Of a stretch of DNA of 64,000 bases, positions 49,903 through 62,871 are shown one piece after another (within the stretch, counting starts at the first letter, position 1; every line of letters starts with the position of its first letter). Where the stretch lies: the NCBI RefSeq assembly GCF_009834535.1, contig NC_045697.1:40240001-40304000 (forward strand), written 5' to 3'. A model generated the notes under the pieces. That model ran no database searches. It saw only the letters and a program-made list of their open reading frames with translations, and was not told the DNA's origin. Origin of the DNA: Camelus ferus. Taxonomy: Eukaryota. A program made the translations under genes and the position numbers.

Positions 49903-52900
49903 TGGGCTTTCTATTCTGTTCCATTAGATTATGTGTCTGTCTTTCTGCCAGTACCATGCAGTTTTGATCATTGAAACTTTGTAGTATGCTTTGCAATCAG
50001 AAAATGCAAGGCCTCTAAATTTGTTCTTTCTTGGGATTATTATGGATATTTGGGGTGCTCTGAGATTCCATAAGAATTTTAGGTTTTTTTCTATTTCTAC
50101 GAAGAATGCCGTTAGCCTTTTGGTAAAGATTGTATTGAGTCTGTAAATTACTTTGAATGGTATGAACATTTCAACAATATTAAGTCTTCTGATCCATGAA
50201 CGTGGAGTGTCTTTCCATTGATTTGTGCCTCTAAAATTTCTTTTAGCAATGTATTGCAGTTTTCAGTGCACATGATTTTCACCTTCTTGGTTAAGTTTAT
50301 TTCTAAATAGTTTTTTTTTTTTGATGCTATTGTAAATGTTTTTGCTTTATTCATTTACTTTTCAGATTCTATAGAAAAACAATTAATTTTTGTGTGTTAA
50401 TTGTTTCATCCTATAGCTTTGCTGAATTTGTTTATTAGTTTACAGCTTTTTTGCATGTAGACTCTTTGGGGTTTCTTACAAAGATTCTGTCATCTCTGAA
50501 CAGAGATATTTTTACTTTTTCCTTTCTAGTTTGTATGCCTTTTATCTCTTTTTCTTGCCTGACTACTTTGGCTAGGACTTCCAATACTATGTTGAATAAA
50601 AGTGGCAATGGTGGTCATCCTTGCCTAGTTCTGGATCTTAGAGGAAAAGCTTTCAGTTTTTAACCATTGAGTATAATGTTAGCTGTGGGCTTATCATATA
50701 TGGCTATCATTATATTGAGGTAATTTCCTTTTACTTCTAGTTTGTTGAATATTTTTTTTTTTATCATGAAACCGTGCTGGATTTTATCATGTGCTTTTCC
50801 TGCATCACTTGAGATGATCAAGTGATTTTTTATCCTTCATTCTGTTAATTTGGTGTATTACATTGATTAATTTTCGTATGTTTAGCAATCCTTGCATCCT
50901 AAGAATAACACCCACTTAGTCATGGTGTATAATCCTTTTAAGGTGCATTTGAATTTGATTCACTGAGTATTTTGTTGAGAATTTTTGCATCTATATTCCT
51001 CTGGGATATTGGTCTGTAGTTTTCTTTCCTTGTAATATCTTTGTCTGGCTTTGGTATCAGGGTAATGCTGGCCTCAAAGAATGAGTTTGGAAGTGTTCCC
51101 TCCTCTTAAATATTTTGGAAGAGTTTGAGAACAATTGGTATAAATTCTTCTTTAAATGGTAGAATTCTACAGTTGAAAGCTTCTGGTCGGACTTTTCTTT
51201 TTTGGGTTTTGATTACTGGTTAAATCATCTTTCTGGTTTCAGGTCTATTCAAATTTTTTATTTCTCTATGATTTTAGTATCCATTTATTCTAGGTTATCC
51301 AGGTTGTTGGCACATAATTGTTCATAATAAATGCTTATAATCCTTTTTATTTTTGTAGTGACTTCTTTTTTTTCTGATTTTTTTTGTTATTTGAGTCTTT
51401 TTTTAGGTATTCTAGCTAAGGATTTGTCAATTTTGTTGATTTTTTTTCCCCAAAAATCAACTCAGTTTCATATTTTATTTATTGATTCAGGTAGTGGTTA
51501 TATGGGAATTTATCTTGTGATAATTCATTGAATTTACATTTATATTTCATACATGTTGTGTCTGTGTTAAAGACACAATTAAACAAATGAGATTAAAAAA
51601 CAAGTCCCCTCTGGCTATTCTGTTACCAGAGATTTCTTCATCCCAGATGCTTTCTTTCTACCTTTCTTTTTTGATTCTCATGTCCTCTCTTCCAGAGCCC
51701 TACAAATAAAAGTTGGTCTTTCTTTATTATACAGAATAATTCCTCTCTCTCTCCAGCCCCTGCTATCAAATATGAATAGCCAAACTCATCTAGTCAAGGT
51801 ATTCAGGAGTCAAGAATCTTCCACTTAACCAGTTTCACCTTTACAGAGGACTGTCTTAACCCTACATATATAAAACAAAGTATTTCCTGTCACATGAAAA
51901 ACAGCTTCCTTTGCTGTTGAGTGATACTTCTGATCAAAATTGTGTATAGCCAAATGCACTCCTAAGAATGTGGACGTTTTGTAACCAATTTGTCTAATGA
52001 AAATTCCTATCGTTCAAGAAATGCCTATACTTTATTTTTCTTGCTTAGCTTAGATAATCGAGCAAAATCAAGAAGAGAAATACAAGCAGAACTGTCAAAA
52101 ACATCTATGAAGAATCTCAGGCTGCTAGATTGATTTCTGTTTGGTTAGTTATTTTGCCTGTTTGCGAAATACTGTGATGGCGTTTCAGTTATTTATTAAG
52201 TTCCTTTCTTAGTCATTGAGATGTTATTGCACTTACCAGACTAAGAAGGCTAAGAATTCATCTCTGAAAAGCAGTCATAATGTAATTTATAAGTGCAAAA
52301 TAAAATAGGAAACACTTTTGTAAATCAACCTGGTACTTCACTTCTTTCAAGAGTGAGGCTCCATTTCCTTTTATAGCTGATCAAATGCAAATTCATCTCC
52401 CTGTTAATAACATCAGGGATTGAGAACAGATGCCACAGATAGTTGAAAAAAATGCTATAAAGTGTTTATAATTCATGGTAACAACCTAATCGCTGGCTCT
52501 GATGCTGTGGTGTGGGAGCAACAAGGCAACGCTGGCCTCCCTCTAGTACATAAAGTTTAATATGTGCTATTGGTTATCTTACGGGACAACAAGAATTTTA
52601 AGACTATTCAGTTTGGTTCTTAGGATCTTCAGCTTACTAAGAATCACCTGGGCTGCACATTAATCAAAATATCTAAGGGAGAGTTCTCTTAATTAGTTAA
52701 TTAATTAGTAGGGATCCAGAGTGATTTTTTTCCTTTGCAGAATTTCAGTGAGCAATGGATAAATAGATGGACTGGAAAAATTGATTCTTTTAGTTATTTG
52801 TGAGAAATCTCCATAGCTCCTTGAGTGGCAGTAACTCAGAATAATTTCCTACCAGAAGAACAGCTTAATAGGTTTTTGAGAATCAGACTTATAAATTATT

Positions 52901-53879
52901 GAACATACTGGATTCCATGTCCTAGCTGTGTTGGATTCTGCTAAGTCAATTTATAGCATTAAATCATGATATTTTAAAGACCTTTCTGAAATCTTTTCAT
53001 ATCATCCTTACTTCCTTGCTGGAATACATGCCCCAGGAGAGCTGGAATCTTTCTGTTTGTTCACTGATGCATACACCTGCCTAGAACAGTTCCCTACTCA
53101 AGGTGCTTGACAGTGACTTTTGGGTAGGAGACAGCAGTATATGTCTCACAGCACATATGAATGGCATCAACTTGACTGCCACAGGTTGAATGTTTAACAT
53201 GATGAGAACAGTTTAGAAAAAGTAAAAATTGCTGCAGCCAACTGTGGAGACCAACAGTATATGTTCATTGGTACTAGATTGTCTTTCAAGTGCAATTTGT
53301 ATGGTGACTAATAGGTTTGTATAAGAGGCTTGGGAAGGCTTTGTGGCTCCTCCTTGGCATCATGTGGCTGTGAGAGAGAGGACTGAGTCAACCAGGTTAG
53401 CAAAGCACTTTTGTCTGTAGACAGCAGATCTGTGAGCAGCCCTAGATGGTAGAAGTTGTTTGGAAATGTAGACATGGTTATCCATTGGCTAATGGTTAGG
53501 CATTGCAGGGCAGTTTTGGGAGTGGGGGATAACTGTTAGCACCCAGGCAGGCCATAAACTTCCACAGGTAGATTTCTGTGCAGGAACCTACAATGTACTG
53601 ACAAACTGGGCCAGCCTGGGAAACATGAGTCACACAGTCCCCTCCGTCTGACCTGCCCCCGTGCACCGGAACCCACGTTGCTGGGGCACAGAGGAGTAAC
53701 TGCAGGTTCTTCCCAGAGCACTTGTCCACGTGCGGCCGACGGGGAGGAGGCAAGAAAGATGGTCAGTCATCTTTTAAATAGCAAAATACCTTTCACATCT
53801 CCCTCACTAGCAGTTCTGTAGGTTCTTCCTAAATATCTCCAAGGACAGGTATCACTCTCTGTAGAACCTGCAGTGAATA

Positions 53880-54130
53880 GGTAAGAGAATGGATGCTAGA
53901 GCCAGACTTCATGTCCCAGCTATTCTACTCAACCAACTATCTGACCTTGAAATTATTTAACATCCCGTGCGTTGGCCCCTTCATTTGTAGGATGGAGGTA
54001 ATAGTAAATACAGCATAGAGTTGTTGAGAGGAATATATATGTATTTTAAAAATATATATATATTAATAACTTAGAGCAGCCTAGCACCATACAAGCAGCC
54101 TAGCACCACACCATACACATTATTTATTCT
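53880..54130 (+). mobile_element. MIR
   Basis: GGATGCTAGAGCCAGACT...TGACCTTG...TTCATTTGTAGGATGGAGGTAATAGTA...CATAGAGTTGTTGAGAGGA. Confidence 0.65.
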
Positions 54131-54212
54131 CTTACTATAGTTATTAATATTAGAATGACCAAAGATCATGAAATCAGAACACATGATCTGACCAGACAGT
54201 TTGACTCCATTC

Positions 54213-54453
54213 TTTCTTTTGGTGACTTTTTATTTTTTTAATTTTTTCCTTCTAGTTTTATTGAAATGTAATTAATATACAGCAGTGTATAAATTTAAGG
54301 TGTACAGCATAATGATTTGATTTATATACTTCACGAAATGATTGCTATGATAAGTTTAGTGAACATCTATTATCTCATATAGATACAAAATAAAAGAAAA
54401 AGAAAAAAATGTTTTCCTTGTGATGAGAACTTTTAGGATTTACTCTCTTAACT
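54213..54453 (-). mobile_element. L1 3' end (L1_Art-like)
   Basis: Paralogous to 49626-49902; TSD TTTG(A/G)CTCCATTC at 54200-54212 and 54454-54466. Confidence 0.85.
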
Positions 54454-54505
54454 TTTGGCTCCATTCCTGGTGTGATTAAGAAATTAAGTTGGACAGCATA
54501 ATATT

Positions 54506-55610
54506 TGTGGGAAACATCTGTTGCTTTTGCCCCCTCCCCCCCTTATCCCTTCATCCATTCACTCTTCTGGAAACTATCTAGCATCTTCTCCCTGGGGAAC
54601 CACAGCTTCTCTGCTCACAGAACAAGTACTTCTGATGCTTCAAGTAGAGTTGACTTCAGCTCCAGCTCCAGGGGAGGGCATGTGGTTCAGTTCTGGCCAG
54701 TGAGAGCAGCACACTCCCCTGACCACGTGCTTGGTTCAGAGTTGGACATGAAACATTATCAGAGCCAGTGGGAGACAAGGGTTTTGCCCAGTCTATCGCG
54801 TACAGCACAGACAGTTTCTTTGTAGGATAGGAACCTGAGGAGATTTAATTCTGGAGCTGCTGGAAGCCATTTGGCAGCATGTAACACCAGAGGGAAAAAA
54901 TATGTGGTATATGCTTGTTATTTCTTTGGGCCATTCAGCGTCTTTGAACAACTTTCCTATGTTGAAGAATACCCAAGTTTTTGAGACTACCTACCTCTGT
55001 AAAAGCTGGATTTTTACCTCCCAAGTCTTTATTGCCTTAGGAAGAATTCTCAGCTCTGCTAGTTGGACCTACTCTTGCCAGACTTTTACTTAGAAGCCAT
55101 GAGGCAAGGAGGACTTCATTCTGAGAAGGCAGTGGCAACTTTATCTTATTTCCAGAAACACCAGCAGCAATAGTTCTAGGCAAGAGCATCCAGTGCCTGG
55201 GGCTAGAACTGCTGGTACAGTGCTGCCAGTGGAGTCTCTAATGGGCTGAGTCTTAACGTGATTTGTTTCTGGCTACGAGTTTCCAAATCGGGTTCTCAGG
55301 TCTTTCTGATGATGTTGTGAGCTAGCTAAAATCCTTTAATACATTTTTCTGTTTAAACTAGCCATGGTTAGTTTCTGTTGTTTTCAAATGAGAACTTTGA
55401 ATAACAAAGTTTAAAATGGAAAAGGGCAGATTCTGGAGTTGGAGAGACACCGGGTCTTCATGACATCATGTGGGTTCCTGAATCCAGCCACAACTGAAGC
55501 CAGCACTCCCCTTGATTTTTCAGTTGTGTGAATCAATGGAGTCTCCTTTTCCTTAGGCCAACTTGGCTGGAGTTCTTGAAACTTGCAAAGCAAATAATCC
55601 CAGCTATTAC
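54506..55610 (+). mobile_element. MLT1K/L-like LTR interrupted by a second ERVL-type LTR (~54903-55406)
   Basis: MLT1K/L motifs CTGGAGCTGCTGGAAGCCAT and CCTGAATCCAGCCACAACTGAAGCC flank a block ending AAACTAGCCATGGTTAGTTTCTGTTG. Confidence 0.55.
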
Positions 55611-56030
55611 TATACTGTACTCTTCCTCTCTATTCTTATATCCTTTGTCTATCTTGTTATGATTTTGTGATAAAATATAAAATGAATAATACTAAAAAAA
55701 ACCCCAACAACTCACTTAATCCTCATAGAGGTTGTTCATTAGTGTGATCCAAAATTCTGTTAACAGGGCCAGGCATCTGTTTGCTCTTTAAAGTGAGATG
55801 AAATCAGAACAGAATTTGACACTGTTGATTCTATTTTTCTTTCCCATAAATTCTTCAGTTGTGTTAGCTTTTTATTTTCTTTTTAAGACTAACTCATAAG
55901 AAGTCAAATAAAATGCATGATTTTCTATCTGATTTCTAAGCTCTGCTAACTTAAAAACAAATTTGATATTTATTATTTATATTTCAACCATTAAAAATTC
56001 ACATGGTTGCATACACTTTCATTATTTTCT

Positions 56031-56291
56031 TTTATTTATTCATTTTTAAAAATTTTTTTGGAACAACAATATAACATTTTTTATTGACTTATAATCATTT
56101 TACAATGTTGTGTCAAATTCCAGTGTAGAGCACAATTTTTCAGTTATACATGAACATATATATATATTCATTGTCACATTTTTTCCTCTGTGAGCTACCA
56201 TAAGATCTTGTGTGTATTTCCCTGTGCTATACAGTATAATCTTGTTTATCTATTCTACAATTTTGAAATCCCATCTATCCCTTCCCACCCT
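56031..56291 (-). mobile_element. Young L1 3' end (camelid-type)
   Basis: TTACAATGTTGTGTCAAATTCCAGTGTAGAGCACAAT...GAGCTACCATAAGATCTTG; 19-bp TSD TACACTTT(C/T)ATTATTTTCT at 56012-56030 and 56292-56310. Confidence 0.88.
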
Positions 56292-57392
56292 TACACTTTT
56301 ATTATTTTCTAATCTGCCTACGTTGCACTGTAAAAACAGAAAATACACATCCTCTCAAATTGATGGTCTCCTCCCAGTGGGAGCATTTCTAGAGTACAGA
56401 GTGTAATTTGCTGAAATGTTTGACATCAGGTTCCTTTTTCTGTCATTATAATTTCTGGCACATGGCATTTTACACAAATGGTGGTCATGGAATGGTGCTC
56501 CCCTCTTCCCAAAGTTATTGCTCCTCAATGTTTTTGAAACAGAATTATACAGTTAAAAAAATTTTTTTTCAAAACAGGAACATGTAGGTCAGCGAGTGTA
56601 CTCACTGCCATGTGACTTGAACTTTCATCAAACCAGTCAACCAAGATGAAACCAAAATGAAAATGTCAGTATATCTGAATGGATACATCTGTGTTATTTT
56701 AGAAAAAATTTAAGAGCATGTTGGCACAACATACCGACACAAACATAATGGACTTATTTTTCTTCTTTGGGTTTAAAAATGTAGTTGATTCTTATGGTTA
56801 CAAAAAGAAAATATATGAACATTATTAAAAAGACTAAAAACTGTAGGAAGATTCAAAAAGGGAAAAAGCATCTGTAATGTTACCATCAAATACAACCATT
56901 GTTATTTTGGAATAATGCCTTTATATCTTTTAGCCAGACATAGATATTTTTGTATCTAGTTTCTTTCTTGAGATAAGTGTGTCCATATAATTTTGCATCA
57001 TGCTTTTTAAACAACTTTATTATAAAATATTTTAAAACATTGATGTTGCATCACCTGTAATTTTGATAAATTAGTTCATTGCCTGAAATTGTTACTCTTC
57101 TTTTCAATATGGGAACGCACAAAACTATGGCACTATAATTGTAACTTATAATCATTACAGATCTAGAATAAAGTCTTAATTTTTATAGTCTTATTGTATA
57201 CTGGGTATTATCAGGTTTAAAAAAATATAAACAATCTCATTTAATTTTCTAAATTACTTTAGAGGCCAAAAATTGTGCATAAGAGAAGTAGCATTAGCTT
57301 AATTGGAGGAGGGCAGGGTGGAGAAGCAGAATAAAATTCATACTAAAGGAAGTCAAGAGACCTGGCCACCCCGAACTAATCAGCCCTGAGAC

Positions 57393-57546
57393 TGTGACGA
57401 GTACTTTTTTGTATCAACTTTGCTAGACTGTGGTGCCCAGTTGTTTGGTCAGACACAGGTCTACATGCTGCTGTAAAGGTGTTTTTTAAGATGTGATTAA
57501 CATTTCCAATCAGTTGGTTTTAATCTAGAGAACCCTAACTAATACA
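57393..57546 (+). mobile_element. MLT2 solo LTR with large internal deletion
   Basis: Both termini present (TGTGACG...TGTATCAACTT and GAGAACCCTAACTAATACA) in only 154 bp; 5-bp TSD GAGAC/GAGAA. Confidence 0.75.
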
Positions 57547-57612
57547 GAGAACTTGTCTAAGTGACTCCGAGTTTTAATGTCTCCAGCTGAAGGTTAGGAG
57601 ATGGAATTAGAT

Positions 57613-57958
57613 CAGTGGTTCTTAAACTGTAGTCTGTGGATCAGTGTTCATTTTGGACAAAATTCTACCCAGTCCGTCATAAAAAGAGAAAAATAGCAGA
57701 CTTTTTAGATAATGCAATTTATTTAAGTATATTTTTCTCTCTGCTCCCCTGCCCCAAGAGATTATAACCTCCTATTCTCTTTTGGAGTGAAAACATTCTT
57801 TCTTTTATGAAATGATGCTGATGATCGTGGGTAGTTGTTTGTTCCGGCTTGTGTGTTAACATACTAAGACATAAACACGGAGTTGGCAACTTTAAATCAG
57901 TTACCGAATTAGGGAAATTTTTACTAGTTCAGGTAATTAAAAAATCTGGGAGCCACTG
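57613..57958. mobile_element. hAT-Charlie-type non-autonomous element
   Basis: TIR-like ends CAGTGGTTCTTAAAC / CTGGGAGCCACTG. Confidence 0.55.
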
Positions 57959-60068
57959 CCTTAGAGGATCCCTTCCAACTCTAAAATTCTTAAGCACTAA
58001 GACAAGATTTGCGGGACTCAGAGCAGTAAAATATCCATCTAGTTAGAGAATCAGATATCAACAAATTAAAAATAAAACGCAAAATATTATGAAGACAAAG
58101 AAAGAAATTATTTGCGGGTTTTTAGCCATTTTGGATTGTTAATGCTGCCCCATAGTCTGTAAACACACTAGAGGCCAGTGACTGTGGGTGCATACAACAT
58201 AACTTCCCTGTACTGCTGGTGAAACTTTCAGCTTCAATTCCTGGTAGAAGTTAACATTTAACATGACCTTAATTGAGTCTTCCAGTTTGTTTCATGGTTA
58301 GATAAAAGAGATGATCTAAACCAGCTTCACTAATCTCAATTTTCAATTTTAATCTGATGGAGCAGGGTAACTAACAAGAAAGCCAGACACTATGGAAAAA
58401 GAGAGAGAACATTTCCTTTCCCTTTCAAGTAGCTTAACAGACTCACATATCAACAACACAGACAGCTGAGAAAAACAGGTTTTCCCTCTAACGCTGGTTT
58501 TAAAAATTCAACCTTGCAGCTCATTAGGTAGTAAAAACCAATCAGTAGGTGACACTTCAGTGGGTGTAGAGGTGAAATGATAGCTTTAGTGATTTACTTG
58601 TAGGCAAATAATAGATGAGCTTAAAGAGCTGTGCAACCAGGACTGAAATCGGGGCTTCAGTGTCTGCATCTGGGTAGCTCGGTCACTCGTCTGTCATAAT
58701 TCCTATGGCCTATCACCATTCAGGGAGAATTTACATTAATTCACTTAGATGTAATATTCTTGAGGAAAATCATTAAAAGTTGTTTTCCGTTATTGTACAT
58801 TAAAGAAAAGATTTATAAACCTTAAGTCGAGTTTAAGATATTTTCCCAAACTGACACTATAGCTACTTTTAACTACAGTATTCTATTTTGGGAGAATCTT
58901 CCAAATATTTCCCTCTAATTTGTACCGAATTCTTTTGTTGATATGATTCAGTTCCATAGAAAAGGCATCGCTTATTATAGATCTAGGAATATACTGGTAA
59001 AATATAGTTGATCTTCATTTAAAAGTTCCAAGTTTTATTTTCTCATTTATCAAGAATGTCTTGTCTTCTCACACAGCTTTTGTGTGCATAAGTGCAGCAT
59101 AAATGGGTTTTGATTTTTGACTTTCTCTTGTTTTCAAAAATATGGGCAACAGAATATGAGTGTTTAATTCTTTCTTGTCCCCATTCCCTTACTCTGTCCA
59201 GGGTTTCCATTCATATGCTTGTAGTCATATTTGGTATCAGGGTATATATATTCACTACTCAGCAATAGAAATGACTTTTTTCCTCAACAGGGACTGTAGA
59301 ATTAATGGCTCTGGCTAAATGATCTTTGTTTGAATCTTGCTTTTTAATGTTTACCTCAGTTACATTTCCATTAACTCTGGCAAAGATGCAGGGCACCTTT
59401 CCCAAGGACACTTAAGTAGAGGTAAACAAAGTTGGCTGGAGGTAATGAGGAGAAGTGATATCACAGTGAGTCACAGGTCTGGTTCTCCAGCTGACACACA
59501 CGATGTAAATTCCCAGAACGGGTCCATTTTTTTTCAGCATTTAAGAGAATACAGAAATGTTATAAGACTCCCAGGACATCTCTTTGCAAACTGTTTTGTT
59601 TGTGGCCAGGGGCATTCAAGAAACAGGCAAGACCAGAAGGCAGCAGGCAGCTATAAATAGTAGAGCCTGTGTGTTTGAAGAGAGTGTGTTCTGTAAAGCA
59701 CTTACAAAGCTCTGTGTCTAGTTTAAATCAAGTTTGCAAGTGCAGATGAGAGAAGAAAACATATCCAAAAGAGCACAGCACACCATGCTGGTGTTTAGTG
59801 TCCTGATCTGCTTTGTTTTTGTTCTAGTCACAGGATGGAAAATTTCCATTTTGCCTGGATTGGCTGCATCGCCAAGCAGCTCCACCAACTCCATTATTCA
59901 TTCAGTTGTCTGCTGTGCCAGAAACTGAAGCAGGAGGACCTGCAGGGAAGAAGCATATTCCTGCCCATAGTCCAGCAAAAGAGAAAGACGAGAGAACTGA
60001 GAATTACAAATTACAGTCCATGTGATGAGTGCTTCATGGAGTGTGATGTGGGAAGAAACGTGAGGACT

Positions 60069-60190
60069 TAGGGTAACTGACTCATCCTGGTTTGCCTGGT
60101 AGCTTTCTGGTTTTAGCCCTGAAAGCCCAGTCCTGCTTTTGACTGGGAAATCCCTCAGTGCCAGCCAGACCCAGACCGCTGGTCACCTTA
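60069..60190. mobile_element. MER94-like hAT-Blackjack MITE
   Basis: TAGGGTAAC...TCCTGGTTTGCCTGG...TGGTCACCTTA, with GTGAGG on both flanks. Confidence 0.75.
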
Positions 60191-60316
60191 GTGAGGTGCC
60201 TAGTTGGGGGTAACTGGGGGTAGTAATGGAGGATAGAATGTAATAAAATTTTATTTTATTACAGGAGAGAAAATGTTTAAGCAGTGTCTAGAAAGACTGA
60301 GGTAGAAAAACGTAGG

Positions 60317-60803
60317 TGTTATAGGCTGACCCAGGGTCCCGACGTTATCAGATCCTAATCATTAGAAACTGTGAATGTGACCTTACATGGCAAAGGGAAT
60401 TTTGCAGATGGGATTACATTAAGGGTCTTGAGCTGGAGAGAGTATCCTGAATGATCCAGGTGGTTCCTAAATGTCATCCTAAATGTCCTTATGAAAGGAA
60501 GGCACAGGGAGATTTGACAGCAGAAGAGGAGATGTGACAATGGAAGCAAGAGGTAGAAATAATGTGCCAAGAAGGGGCCACCAGCCAAAGAATGTTGGTG
60601 GTCTCCAGAAGCTGGAAATGGAAAGGAAATGGATTCTTCCCTGGAGCTTCTGGAAGGAACCAGCCCTGCTGACACCTTGATTTTAGCCCAGTGAAACTGA
60701 TTTCAGTTTTTGGTCTCCAGATCCTAAGATAAAAAAATTTGGGTTGCGTTAAGCCACTGAACTTGTGATAATTTGTTACAGCAGCAATAGGAAACATAAC
60801 ACA
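60317..60803 (+). mobile_element. MLT1D-like solo LTR inserted in L2
   Basis: TGTGAATGTGACCTTACATGGCAAAGGG...CCAGCCCTGCTGACACCTTGATTTTAGCCCAGTGA...TTTGTTACAGCAGCAATAGGAAAC. Confidence 0.9.
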
Positions 60804-61470
60804 GTGCAGAACCCAGAGAAGGGTGTTCTAGGCAAGGGAATGGCATGACAAAGCCTATTTGTTAGAGAGCAAATGCTGTTCGGGATACTGTAAGGCACTG
60901 ATTTGGCAGTTCGGCTGCAAAGCATGCATGGAGCACAGTGGGAGAGGAAGCTCCAGGGGTGGCAGGGGCTGGATCCCGGAAGATTACATTAACTCACATT
61001 AAGAAGTTTTTCTTCCATCTTGAAGACAATGAAAATACATTCAATGATTTGAAGCAGGGCCATAATGAGATCATACTTGCATTTTAGAAAAGTCTTTTTG
61101 GTGGCAGGATGGAAAGTGGATTATTGAGAGGAGGAAGAAGATCCAAAGAAGCAGGAAAATCCTTTTGGAATGATCCTATTGTCCAGACAAGGAAAGGCAA
61201 GAGCCTTGATCGCCACTGGGCATGGAAAGCAGGGGCAGTTTCTAGCTATTCTTGGCAAGTGGATTCCACTGGCCTTGGTACCCACCTAGTAAGGCAAAGG
61301 AAAGGCTGAAATTTTCGTTTGGGTTCCATGGAAGACGGAGCTGTCATAGGTGAGATGGGGAGTTCAGGAAGACTGGTGTGTATATAGGCTGTGGGCGGGA
61401 ATGATGGGTTAGCTTCTATGCATGTTGAATTTGAGGAGCCCGTGATATACACAAGTAAAATTTTAAGAGG
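60804..61470 (-). mobile_element. L2 fragment
   Basis: TTGAAGCAGGG...ACTTGCATTTTAGAAA...GCATGTTGAATTTGAGG. Confidence 0.7.
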
Positions 61471-62392
61471 ACTGTTCAGTCAAGAATTTCAATAAAAGCT
61501 TTGAAAAAGAAAGGTTCTCTTTGGGACATGGGGGCAGTGAGGGAAGTAGCAAAGGACCAAAGGCAAAGTCTGTGGTAATACAGATTTGCCTTCACGCGTG
61601 GCCTTTCCTTTCTCACTGTGCCCAGTTCGTTACCTGAACATCACCATCTAGTGTTTTACTGGTTGTGGTTCAGGTAAAAGTCTGAGTTGACCTCCTTCAT
61701 TTGGTCTCTGCATCTCTTACCTTGCTGCTCTCGTTTGTCCTCATGTCACTCCTTAATCTCTGACCATGCTGCACGCCTGCTCAGAATTCTTCCGTAGCTT
61801 CTCCAGTCAGGCTCCCACCTGCCTTTCAGCCTGATTACCACTACTCCCACTCAGTATCAACAGGTAAAAATTATTAAAATAAATTATTATTTAAAAAGCT
61901 TATGAAATGAAGATGAAGCTAACCAAATGAACATGAAGAAGATAAGTATGGCTTAAAAGTGGATGTTTGATCTTTAAGAAAATATTGCAGTCTTCAACAA
62001 TAAAATCTCTTAGCTGTACTGACATGGAGTTATGTGTTTAAGGCTCTTTCTGACCTTGCACTAGTCGGGAAATGGTGAGGTTCTAGTTATATGCTAACTC
62101 CAAACAGAAGTTGTCCATTAACTCCATTTCTTGTTTAATAAACTTTAAAGACAACCTTGTGAACAACTTTTGTTATGAGGGTGTATGCCAGTGTGTGTTC
62201 GAAGATATTTCAACTGGTAACCAGTTCTAGTTTTTGTTTCAAAGAAAGTATTCTGGTTTGTCTTTATCTTCTTTAGTTCATTATATTTAGGTGGAAATAC
62301 TTTTTTTTTGAGAATAATTTAAGAAGTTTATTGGGGAGAAACCAAAGATTAAAAAATGATCTTAACTTAGAGGGATGATCAGATTATTTATA

Positions 62393-62871
62393 TTCTTTCT
62401 TTTTTAAAAAATTGAAGTATAGTCAGTTTACAATGTTATGTCAGTTCCTGGTGTACAGCATAATATTTCAGTCATACATATACATACATATATTCCTTTT
62501 CGTATTCTTTTTCATTATAGGTTACTACAAGATGTCGAACACAATTCTCTGTGCTATACAGTATAAACTTGTTGTTTATCTATTTTGTATGTATTATTTA
62601 GTATCTGCAAATCTCAGACTCCCAATTTATCCCTTCCCATCTCCTTCCAACCCTGGTAACTATAAGTTTGTTTTCTATGTCTGTGAGTCTGTAAATAAGT
62701 TCATTTGTGTCTTTTTTTAAGATTCCACATATAAGGGATATCATATGGTATTTTTCTTTCTCTTTCTGGCTTACTTCACTTAGAATGACGATCTCCAGTC
62801 CCACCCATGTTGCAGCAAATGGCATTATTTTATTGTTTTTTATGGCTAAGTAGTATTCCATTATATATATA
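62393..62871 (-). mobile_element. 5'-truncated L1 3' end carrying a 3' transduction (62302-62392)
   Basis: ORF2 C-terminus MEYYLAIKNNKIMPFAATWVGLEIVILSEVSQKEK; TSD TTAGGTGGAAAT(A/T)CT at 62287-62301 and 62872-62886. Confidence 0.9.

Larger units (their letters stand above)
47805..51465 (-). mobile_element. L1MA/L1MB-type LINE, ~3.6 kb including nested insertions
   Basis: 3' end CATCTTAACCATTTTTAAGTGTACAG; ORF2 remnants LNRHFSKKD...[42 protein letters not shown]. Confidence 0.92.

Noticed and set aside
54075..54108. Short tandem duplication AGCAGCCTAGCACCA x2
   Set aside because: Ordinary slippage duplication inside a MIR.
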